Source: an uncultured Ignavibacteriaceae bacterium (GTDB lineage: Bacteria; Bacteroidota; Ignavibacteria; Ignavibacteriales; Ignavibacteriaceae). From it: a stretch of 64,000 nucleotides of DNA. The translations under genes were made by a program, and so were the position numbers. The DNA is taken from positions 148,805-212,804 of the forward strand of contig CAYMKU010000001.1 of assembly GCA_964391015.1 (NCBI GenBank). Direction: 5' to 3'. This document shows positions 1 through 7,996 of the stretch, one piece after another (the first letter of the stretch is position 1; every line of letters begins with the position of its first letter). Below the pieces are notes generated by a model. That model ran no database searches. It had not been told where the DNA came from and saw nothing but the letters and a program-made list of their open reading frames with translations.

Positions 1-960
1 AATGCTTAATGTTGTATGATTAGGATTTGTTGTCGAATTAAAATTATTTAGATGACAACTAACACATTGAGTTGACATTTGAGTATAGCCTGTTTGATGG
101 CAATTACTACAATTAACAGAGATGTGCGCTCCTGTTAACGGAAACTGCGTAGTGTTATGATCAAAACTTGCAGGCCTCCAATTTTGAATTACATGGCATT
201 GTTGACATTGTGTCGGGAAGTTGTTGCTTTGGTGAGGTGGATTTGAAGATGTTTCATAATCATTTCGATGACACGAATAACATGTTGTTGATAATCCCTT
301 GAAATTTCCTCCTTGTTCATGACACGAAAAACAATTCTGAATATTATGCCCGCCAACTAACGGGAAAAAATTATGCGCAAATATCTCAGCCGACCATTTG
401 CTCTGCAACATACTATGGCAATCCAAGCAGTTTGTAGAAAATCCCACAAGTGAATGATTTGGATTTTGAGTATTTCGGTATTCATTCTGATGACAATCTA
501 TACAGTTCACTCCTAAGGTCACAAAATTTAAATTCGGATAGCCCGCATGACACTCAATACAATCTGCCTTTAAATGTGAACCTATAAGCGGGAAACGACT
601 TTTCTGATGAAGTTCATTTCGATTTTCAATTAGCCATGTATCTGGTTTATGACATGATGAACAATCCAAGCCAACTGAATTTTGATGAACATCTTTATGA
701 CAAAAATTACAAGATGATTGCGCTTTAGAAAAAATCAAATCTGCATGACATGATGAGCAATTAATTGTGCTATGTTGTCCTGTCAATGAAAATCCTGTTT
801 CCGAATGATCAAAATTAATATGAGCAAGGTTTACCTTCCAATCAGTTGATTGATGACAATTTGCACAATCTAATCCCTTCAAGTCACCATGCGGCGATTG
901 ACCATAAATTGTCAAAACATTTATTGTTAAGACAATAATTATGAATGACAAGCTGCGCAT
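1..960 (-). CDS. multiheme c-type cytochrome, N-terminal part (gene continues past the left window edge)
   Basis: My own minus-strand translation gives ATG at 960-958 (MRSLSFIIIVLTINVLTIYGQSPHGDLKGLDCANCH...). It has a hydrophobic signal-like N-terminus and 12 CxxCH motifs before the edge. It is absent from the ORF track because no stop codon lies inside the window. Its start overlaps the stop of the upstream cytochrome gene by 22 nt. Confidence 0.85.
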   Translation of the reverse strand, partial: MRSLSFIIIVLTINVLTIYGQSPHGDLKGLDCANCHQSTDWKVNLAHINFDHSETGFSLTGQHSTINCSSCHADLIFSKAQSSCNFCHKDVHQNSVGLDCSSCHKPDTWLIENRNELHQKSRFPLIGSHLKADCIECHAGYPNLNFVTLGVNCIDCHQNEYRNTQNPNHSLVGFSTNCLDCHSMLQSKWSAEIFAHNFFPLVGGHNIQNCFSCHEQGGNFKGLSTTCYSCHRNDYETSSNPPHQSNNFPTQCQQCHVIQNWRPASFDHNTTQFPLTGAHISVNCSNCHQTGYTQMSTQCVSCHLNNFNSTTNPNHTTLSI

Positions 961-2585
961 TTAAAATCTTCCAATCTATATTTAATAAAGGTACTGCCGT
1001 TAACTGAAGTGGCTTTATGGCATTGATCACATTTTAGTTTTGAATGAGCGCCTTTAAGTGAGAACTTAGTTTGTTCATGGTCGAACTTTTCCGGTTTCCA
1101 ATTGAAATAAGAATGACATTTCATACAACTTGATGTTCCGTAAACATTAAACTGACCAAAGTGAACATCGCTGTGACAAGTTATGCACTCAGAATTAGAT
1201 GAAACAAATTTAAAAACCTTGCCATCATTAGTTTCAACAGTATGGCATTTTCCGCACCTCGCATTTTGGTGTTTTCCTTCAAGAGAAAAATCCGTTTGGG
1301 AATGATTAAAACTAATAGTATTCCAATTATCAGTAGTGTGACAAGATGTACATTTATGATCTGGAAGATATTTTTGAGTTAATTCGTTACCGTGAACATT
1401 TTTGTGACACTCAAAGCAATCATTTCCAATATTTCGAAAATGCCAGGATTCTTCTTTCATATGACAATTCTGACAAGGGAGCGCAAGATGTGAACCAGAT
1501 AAGATGAACTTAGTTTCATTATGCTGCTGAATAGTAAAAGTAGAAGGAACAAATCCTGATTCGTTATGACAAACTGAGCAATCCCTTATAGAAACTCCCG
1601 AAGTAAGCTCACCTTTATGATAATCAGCATGACAATCAATACATTTTTCATGCTTAAGTTTAGCTGATAAATTTGTCTTATGACAATCATTGCAACGAAC
1701 ACCTCTATGTTTACCAACTAAAGGAAAATTCGTTCTACTGTGATCAAAAGAACCCTGAGCAATTGAGTGGAATGAAGAAGTATTATGACAAGACTGACAA
1801 TCATTCCCAAATTTTCCCTTGTGAATATCTGTATGACATGATTGGCATGAAGTGAACACAATTCCTTTAAACCTTTGAATTTTTTTCCCGTTTCTTTTTT
1901 CACTCTGATGACATTTATTGCAATCCACCTTTTGGTGAGCGCCCGTTAATTTAAATTTGGTATCGTCATGTCTAAAATTAACAGCAGGTTGAAATTTTTC
2001 ATTCCCGTGGCACGTTTCACAATTACTTCCAAGAGTACTTTGGTGAACATCTTCATGGCATGAATAACAGTCAGTTCCCAATCCTAAATAGGAATGCTGT
2101 TTCTTCTTTGATAATTGTGTTTTAATAAATTTATTTTGATGACACTTATCGCATTTCTGATTTGAGTGCGCACCAATCAATTCAAATCCTGTTTTGTTAT
2201 GGTCAAATTTTTCAGAACTGAAATTAATGATGGAAAAACTCCTTCCGTTGTGTTCACTATGGCATTCAAAACAGTTCTTGGACTTTACACCGATATATGA
2301 ATGATAACCTCTTCCCTGTTCTTTCAATTTTTTTATTTCAGTATGACAATCCAAACACTTTGCATTAGTAACTTGTTCGCCTAAGACATGACATTTGGTG
2401 CAATTGCTCATTCCCTCAAGATTTGAATGGGCTTTTGTTAAATCGCCAGGTGATATTTGTGAATATGATTTCATATTAAAAATCAAAATCAAGAAGATAA
2501 TTTTTGATATCAGTACTCTGATGCTTTCTTGTCCTTGTCCGTTTAATATTGCTGGGAAAAACTTCACTAAACAAATAAATTTCAT
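939..2585 (-). CDS. multiheme c-type cytochrome (20 CxxCH motifs)
   Basis: I counted 20 CxxCH motifs in 548 aa. There is a hydrophobic N-terminal segment. A recurring module (F-D/N-H-x2-T-x-F-x-L-x-G-x-H ... CxxCH ... CxxCH-x-D-x-H ... CxxCH) resembles concatenated triheme c7/c3-type units. Confidence 0.9.
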   Translation of the reverse strand: MKFICLVKFFPAILNGQGQESIRVLISKIIFLILIFNMKSYSQISPGDLTKAHSNLEGMSNCTKCHVLGEQVTNAKCLDCHTEIKKLKEQGRGYHSYIGVKSKNCFECHSEHNGRSFSIINFSSEKFDHNKTGFELIGAHSNQKCDKCHQNKFIKTQLSKKKQHSYLGLGTDCYSCHEDVHQSTLGSNCETCHGNEKFQPAVNFRHDDTKFKLTGAHQKVDCNKCHQSEKRNGKKIQRFKGIVFTSCQSCHTDIHKGKFGNDCQSCHNTSSFHSIAQGSFDHSRTNFPLVGKHRGVRCNDCHKTNLSAKLKHEKCIDCHADYHKGELTSGVSIRDCSVCHNESGFVPSTFTIQQHNETKFILSGSHLALPCQNCHMKEESWHFRNIGNDCFECHKNVHGNELTQKYLPDHKCTSCHTTDNWNTISFNHSQTDFSLEGKHQNARCGKCHTVETNDGKVFKFVSSNSECITCHSDVHFGQFNVYGTSSCMKCHSYFNWKPEKFDHEQTKFSLKGAHSKLKCDQCHKATSVNGSTFIKYRLEDFKCAACHS

Positions 2586-2609
2586 GTGATAATTTCTTTG
2601 ACAAAATAT

Positions 2610-3941
2610 TCAGTGCTTTAGAATCGCTTCACCAAATTTTTTAGTGATTTTCACACCGATTTTATCCAGAAAAATTGTTGGCAATTCACCGCCTGCAAAA
2701 ATATAAACAAGATCATTTTTTATTTTTGTTAATTCTTTTTCACCAGTTCTTTCAATGATCACCAAGTCGTCATTAATTTCTTTAACATTAGAATTATAAA
2801 GTGCTTTTACTTTTCCATTCTTAATGTTTTCATTAACTCTTTCAAGATTCATAGGCTTCAATCTTGCAAAGCTTTCTCCTCTGTATGAGAGTGTAACACT
2901 ATTGTTTTCGTCTGCAAGCAGAATTGCTGCTTCAACAGCAGAATCACCACCGCCAACAACCAAAACATTTTGATTGTGGATTAACTCGGGTTCAAGCAAA
3001 CGATATGCAACTTTTTCTTTTTCTTCGCCGGGCACACCTAATTTTCTTGGTGACCCTCGCCTTCCAATTGTAAGAAGCACTGTTTGAGAGGTATAAACTC
3101 TTTTACTTGTTTTAATGACAAAATTTTCTTTTTGTTTTTCAATTGATTCAACTTTTTCCTGTTCATTAATAGTAATTTGATTTTTTGTTAATACAGAATG
3201 CCATAGTGTCAGCAGTTCTAACTTCGTTGTTTCAACAAATTTAATCCTACCGTGGAGTGGAAGGTCCATTGCAGAGGTCATCACGATTTTTGCACGAGGG
3301 AAATTGAATACTGTTCCACCTAATGAATCTTGCTCGATTGTTAAAAATTTTAATTTTAGCTTGGCAGCAGTAAGTGTAGCTGATATTCCAGCAGGTCCAG
3401 CACCAACAATAATAACGTCAAACTCCGCATCAGTTTTAGTTTTTAATTCTTTGGATAAATTCTGAACTGCCTGTTTTCCTTGCTCAACTGCATTTTTTAT
3501 TAATCCCATTCCTCCCAACTCACCTGCTATAAATAAGCCTCGAATGTTTGTTTCAAATTCGGAGGATACATGCGGCAGGTCAACTCCGCGTTTTTCAGTC
3601 CCAATGCACAATGAAATTGCCTGTACCGGACATGCATGAAAACAGGCGCCATGCCCAACGCACCGTGAAGCATTTATTGTCGTTGCTTTTCCGTTTACAA
3701 TTCCGATTATGTCTTTTTCAGGACATGCTTCAATACATGCACCGCTGCCGATACATGATTCTGTGTCTATGACAGGATGCAACGACATTGGTTCATGTAA
3801 CCCAAATTCCTTCGCTTTCTGAATTTTTTTAATATTAATTTCTGAAGTGTTTTTATGGCGTCTCAAATAAAAATAAAGTATAACAAAAATAATTACAGCT
3901 AAAACAGAATAGGTAATAATATTTTCAAGCATTACTTCCAT
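2610..3941 (-). CDS. membrane-anchored ferredoxin-domain / thioredoxin-reductase-type FAD-NAD(P) oxidoreductase fusion
   Basis: N-terminal TM helix followed by RRHK (positive-inside rule places the rest in the cytoplasm). Two ferredoxin-like motifs, CIGSGACIEACP and CVGHGACFHACP. Dinucleotide folds GAGPAGISA and VVGGGDSAVEAA. No CxxC redox disulfide in the TrxR-like part. Confidence 0.75.
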   Translation of the reverse strand: MEVMLENIITYSVLAVIIFVILYFYLRRHKNTSEINIKKIQKAKEFGLHEPMSLHPVIDTESCIGSGACIEACPEKDIIGIVNGKATTINASRCVGHGACFHACPVQAISLCIGTEKRGVDLPHVSSEFETNIRGLFIAGELGGMGLIKNAVEQGKQAVQNLSKELKTKTDAEFDVIIVGAGPAGISATLTAAKLKLKFLTIEQDSLGGTVFNFPRAKIVMTSAMDLPLHGRIKFVETTKLELLTLWHSVLTKNQITINEQEKVESIEKQKENFVIKTSKRVYTSQTVLLTIGRRGSPRKLGVPGEEKEKVAYRLLEPELIHNQNVLVVGGGDSAVEAAILLADENNSVTLSYRGESFARLKPMNLERVNENIKNGKVKALYNSNVKEINDDLVIIERTGEKELTKIKNDLVYIFAGGELPTIFLDKIGVKITKKFGEAILKH

Positions 3942-4134
3942 TTTGAGACAAAGAAATTTTTGATTTGTTTTTTAAATTTTGGAGAATATTTACTTCAATT
4001 ATCGTGCGATGGAAATGTAACAATTTCTCAAAATTCTTTAATTGATTTTTTACAATATCATTTCAATTAGTAATAATAACCTGTTATTATTACTTAAAGG
4101 AAACAATAGTTAATTATTATGAAGAATTTTAAAA

Positions 4135-4755
4135 TTAAAGTCTCAATAAAGATTTTTTTGCCATATCAGCAGAGGAAGAATTCGGTTGTTCCTTAATTAG
4201 CTCTTCCCATATTTCTTTCGCTTTATTCTTATTTCCCCTCAACGCATTTATCGCACCTAAATTGTACAGTGCTTGATGATCTTTGCTGTCTATCTTGAGA
4301 ATTTTATTGATGAATGTTTCTGCCTGATCAAATTCTTGTTTATTGTAGTAGATAAATGAGATAGAAAAAAGCGTTTCTTTATTCTGTGGATTTATTTTCA
4401 AAATCTTCTCATAAATTTTTATTGCCTCATCTAATTGATGTGCAGCAGCAAGGAAATCTCCGTAATCCTTCAACGCTTCTATATTATCAGGATTTTTCTC
4501 TGCCTTTATTTTCAAATCTTCCAATTGCTTTTTAAAATTTGGAGAAACATTCTCTTTGTTCGGAGGAGCTGATCCAAGATTGTTCAATCCGCTATGAATA
4601 CTGTCATGTGGCATTTCGTTTTTCATTTTTTCAGGATTGTTTGACATGGTTTTCTTATCTGAGGTCAGAAAAAACAATGATATACCGATAATAATCACTA
4701 ATGCACTATAAACGTAGATCAATTTAAAATTCATACTTCCTCCTAAAAAATCCAT
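4135..4755 (-). CDS. TPR-repeat protein with N-terminal membrane anchor
   Basis: Hydrophobic N-terminus (LIYVYSALVIIIGISLFFL) followed by TPR-like repeats (AIKIYEKILKINPQN, AETFINKILKIDSKD, YNLG). Overlaps the upstream gene by 13 nt. The start could instead be the second Met at 4734. Confidence 0.6.
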   Translation of the reverse strand: MDFLGGSMNFKLIYVYSALVIIIGISLFFLTSDKKTMSNNPEKMKNEMPHDSIHSGLNNLGSAPPNKENVSPNFKKQLEDLKIKAEKNPDNIEALKDYGDFLAAAHQLDEAIKIYEKILKINPQNKETLFSISFIYYNKQEFDQAETFINKILKIDSKDHQALYNLGAINALRGNKNKAKEIWEELIKEQPNSSSADMAKKSLLRL

Positions 4756-5618
4756 TTGTACCCGAATACAATGGTAACGATTACATGAATAATCATTATA
4801 CCAAACATAACTAAAGCAAAAGGTAAGTGAATTATATGCCAGTATCTAAAAAGCTTATGCATAATTCTTAACATACCAATTCTTCTGCTCAAAACAACTT
4901 TTGATTTAGCTAATTCTTTAATTCTTCTTCTTTTACTTTTTGTAATATTCATCTTATCAATTTCACGATAAATCTCTCGTAAAATTAAAATGGAACTAAA
5001 ATAATCTTTGAAAACCAAAATTATACTTTTTCCGAGCGAAGCATTTTTATAATGATCAAAGAAGTTTATGCTTTCTAATTTAGCAGTTATTTGACCATTT
5101 ATTCCAAACTCAGTTTTTAATCTTGAAGTCAAGTCAAAACTCATAGAATTCAAGTCTTCGATTTCCACTTCATTACCTTGAATTGAACGCGGAATTTGTA
5201 TATAAATAAACCGACCTATAACACCACTAAGCACAACTGCTGTCATACTCCAAAAACTAATTGATACAATTCCGCCAAATTTGAATGCGGTATGGTAAAG
5301 AACCAGTACAGGCCCGACAGAACACAAAAAGATGTGAAACTCCAACCAGTATTTTAAATAACCAAGCCCAAACAATTTCCGGTTCCTTTTTCTAATCATG
5401 TAAGACGCAACACCAAGTATCATCATTAAAGAACCGATTATACCTAATCCATGACCTATAACACCACTTGGCTTGAGCAAATTATGATCTGGATGGAAAA
5501 ACCTCTCTTCCATGGATGTGCCATAATATGAATAACCATTGATGAAAAAAAGAATTGTAACCACCAATCCTGTTATAACAAAAAACCAAACGTAAAGCAC
5601 GTGTAATTTATTATTCAA
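4743..5618 (-). CDS. integral membrane protein, putative di-heme b-type cytochrome
   Basis: Several hydrophobic helices. Two of them carry His pairs spaced exactly 13 residues apart (EFH-IFLCSVGPVLVLY-H and IIH-LPFALVMFGIMII-H). A charged cytoplasmic-looking insert lies between them. That it is a gene is fairly secure, but the function is inference. Confidence 0.55.
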   Translation of the reverse strand: MNNKLHVLYVWFFVITGLVVTILFFINGYSYYGTSMEERFFHPDHNLLKPSGVIGHGLGIIGSLMMILGVASYMIRKRNRKLFGLGYLKYWLEFHIFLCSVGPVLVLYHTAFKFGGIVSISFWSMTAVVLSGVIGRFIYIQIPRSIQGNEVEIEDLNSMSFDLTSRLKTEFGINGQITAKLESINFFDHYKNASLGKSIILVFKDYFSSILILREIYREIDKMNITKSKRRRIKELAKSKVVLSRRIGMLRIMHKLFRYWHIIHLPFALVMFGIMIIHVIVTIVFGYKWIF

Positions 5619-5741
5619 TTATCTATTCATTCAACGTAATTTATAATACATGAATAAGAAATGAGGAACATTTGTAGTCCAAATTAGAACCATCAGTAGC
5701 TGTAGTAATATGGAGACAGTAATTGAATTGTTCAATATGGA

Positions 5742-6044
5742 TTAAACTTCCAATTCGGTCAATACGGTATATTTTGTTGAATGGTTTTCTGTAAAATTTG
5801 CAATTTTATTTATGAGAATGTTGATCCGTTCATTTTGGTCATCTTCAAATTTTTCATAAGCTTCCATTGAGCTAAAAGTATAAATTTCTTGAAACTGATT
5901 TACTTTACCTTTTACTTCATAAACACTATAGTTTTCTAATCCTTCGGCTTTTAACAGATTCTTCAACTCACGAATTACACTTAAATAATCATCTCTCTTG
6001 TTTGGAATAATTTCATATTGAACTGAAAAAATCACTTTTGACAT
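5742..6044 (-). CDS. hypothetical small cytoplasmic protein (100 aa)
   Basis: Clean ORF with intergenic spacing on both sides. No motif I can name. Confidence 0.5.
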   Translation of the reverse strand: MSKVIFSVQYEIIPNKRDDYLSVIRELKNLLKAEGLENYSVYEVKGKVNQFQEIYTFSSMEAYEKFEDDQNERINILINKIANFTENHSTKYTVLTELEV

Positions 6045-6105
6045 TTGTTCTCCATTTTTTGAAAATTAAAATAATAAAATCAACCTTAATCCAACTGTCA
6101 AGCAG

Positions 6106-6969
6106 TTAAAAATCTTTTAAATCGAATTCTCCGGAAAAAACAGTTTTTACTGGTCCAGAAAGGGCAACTTTCTCAAACCTCTCACCGATTCGTTGAAACT
6201 CTACAACAAGTTCATCATTCCCCTTTGTTATTATTTTAATCGGTGATTTCAAATTTTTAATCACGGATGCGATTATAGCTGCTGCAACTGAGCCTGTACC
6301 ACATGCAAGAGTTTCGTTTTCCACTCCTCGTTCATAAGTCCGTATATGCAATGTATCATTTTTAACCTGAATAAAATTTACATTTGCGCCAGATGGTAAA
6401 AAATCTTTGTGATACCTTATTTCTCTTCCGATTTCCGACACAGGAAAGTTTTCAATATTTCTATACCTGCTGTTCAAGTCTTTAGGATGTGCCAATACAT
6501 CCTCAATTTCAATTACTACGTGTGGTGAGCCAGTATCCGCAAAGTTTGATTTAATAAGCTGACTTGATGCTTTAATTCTAAAATTTAATTTAACTCTTGT
6601 AGGTGATTTAAGATCGAACCGTACTAATCCATTTTTTAATACTTCACCACTAAAAATTTCATCATTAGCATTAAATATTGCTTTAGCATTCTTAAATTTA
6701 TCCGAATCTGAGGCATACTGAATAGCACAACGCGCACCATTACCACACAAACTTCCCGAAGAACCATCAGAATTAAAATATTCCATTAAAAAATTGCTGC
6801 TTTTTGAGCTCGAAAGCATTATAACACCATCTGCACCAATACCCTTTCGACGATTACAGAGATTTATAATATTAGTTTTTGTGAAAGAAACAGTTTTATT
6901 TTTTGTTTTATCAATTACAATAAAATCGTTGCCGGCTCCATTCATCTTTGTAAATACTATCTTTTTCAC
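6106..6969 (-). CDS. dapF: diaminopimelate epimerase
   Basis: MNGAGNDFIVID N-terminus plus both catalytic-Cys motifs, CGNGARC and ACGTGSVAAA. The length of 287 aa is typical. Confidence 0.9.
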   Translation of the reverse strand: MKKIVFTKMNGAGNDFIVIDKTKNKTVSFTKTNIINLCNRRKGIGADGVIMLSSSKSSNFLMEYFNSDGSSGSLCGNGARCAIQYASDSDKFKNAKAIFNANDEIFSGEVLKNGLVRFDLKSPTRVKLNFRIKASSQLIKSNFADTGSPHVVIEIEDVLAHPKDLNSRYRNIENFPVSEIGREIRYHKDFLPSGANVNFIQVKNDTLHIRTYERGVENETLACGTGSVAAAIIASVIKNLKSPIKIITKGNDELVVEFQRIGERFEKVALSGPVKTVFSGEFDLKDF

Positions 6970-7110
6970 AGATGTAATTTACTTTAATATGAAGTTCTTA
7001 TCAATAAAAAAATGATTGTGGGATTGAAAGGTTTTTCGTTGTTTGCAATTTATTAATAATTTCCCCACAAAGAATTGACTTCTGGAATTTGATTCTGCTT
7101 CAAAAAAGTG

Positions 7111-7207
7111 TGCCCCTCACACTTTTTTATTTGGCTGCACCTCATCCCTAAATTTCAAATGCCCCTCATCCCATACGGTCTATTGCCGCTCATCTTCAGA
7201 AAATTAT
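7111..7207. repeat. four copies of a 10-nt core TGCNNCTCAY at 24-25 nt period
   Basis: tgcccctcac (7111-7120), tgcacctcat (7136-7145), tgcccctcat (7160-7169), tgccgctcat (7184-7193). Copies 2 and 3 extend to ...CTCATCCC. The spacers between cores are unrelated. Located in the 399-nt dapF/DUF3892 intergenic region. Confidence 0.6.
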
Positions 7208-7368
7208 ATTATTCTAACATCGGCAACTAATCTGGTGTTGAATCCCTTGTTTAAATAATCGTTCTTAAAAAAATTATTCTTTTAGGAAGGTCGAATTAGA
7301 ACCTTTCGTTAATTGTTGAATCATATTTGATCTGTATCATACCGAACTATTTTTATTAACTTTCATTT

Positions 7369-7626
7369 TTAACAACCAGGAAGTTCATCAAGTTTAATTC
7401 CTGATGTATTAACATTCGTTCGCAAATATTTTTCACCTGTTCCATTCGCAACCTCTAACAAAATTTTCTTCCCATCAAAAACAACATAATATCTGTAAAA
7501 AGACTCTTCAATATCATTGATAACTTCGGTTGATGGTCGAGGCGACCACCATTCATGGGGATTACCAACTGCAATAATCTTCCCGGATTCATCTCTTCTT
7601 GTATTGGTAACTTTTCTCTCAATCAT
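7369..7626 (-). CDS. DUF3892-like small protein
   Basis: 85 aa. The pattern (G-x-I-x-AVGNP..W.. S..EVI.DIE ... YYV ... LDELPGC at the C-terminus) matches my recollection of the DUF3892 family. Confidence 0.55.
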   Translation of the reverse strand: MIERKVTNTRRDESGKIIAVGNPHEWWSPRPSTEVINDIEESFYRYYVVFDGKKILLEVANGTGEKYLRTNVNTSGIKLDELPGC

Positions 7627-7700
7627 TTCTATTTTTAATCTGAGTTTACAATTACATACTTATTACTTTGAACACGGGGAAATATAAATTCCATTACATA

Positions 7701-7732
7701 CAAAAAAATCCGTAGTACTACGGATTTTTAAA
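7701..7732. repeat. palindromic terminator-like hairpin, left copy of a 32-nt inverted repeat pair
   Basis: cAAAAAAATCCGTAGTACTACGGATTTTTaaa. It equals the reverse complement of 9907-9938 with one mismatch. No gene ends next to it. Confidence 0.7.
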
Positions 7733-7996
7733 AAAATCTTAAGCAACATTAAATGTTTATAACCATTTGAAATGACTACAATTAGGGAGAATTTTTATTA
7801 ATTCGATAGACAAATTGCTTAAACCGTACAGGATTAATTTTGCAACATTAATTTAATGATAAGAACAAAAATTGTAACAAAGAAGTATATTTCAGAAAGA
7901 CAATATTTTTTTACAGCAGAACTTAGAAAAATTTGATTGTTTTTAAGAAATTTAAATTATCAGATAAAACCCTAAAAGAGTTAATAGTAAAACAGA

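Noticed and set aside
7021-7150. 30-aa minus-strand mini-ORF (MRCSQIKKCEGHTFLKQNQIPEVNSLWGNY) spanning the periodic repeats
   Set aside because: It has no RBS, it runs through a terminator-like hairpin, and nothing suggests conservation. The repeats are better treated as DNA- or RNA-level elements.
7111-7207. CRISPR-like repeat-spacer array
   Set aside because: The repeats are only 10-13 nt, there are only four, the period is 24-25 nt and they are imperfect. No cas genes are in the window. This is far outside CRISPR geometry, so I reported it as a periodic motif array instead.
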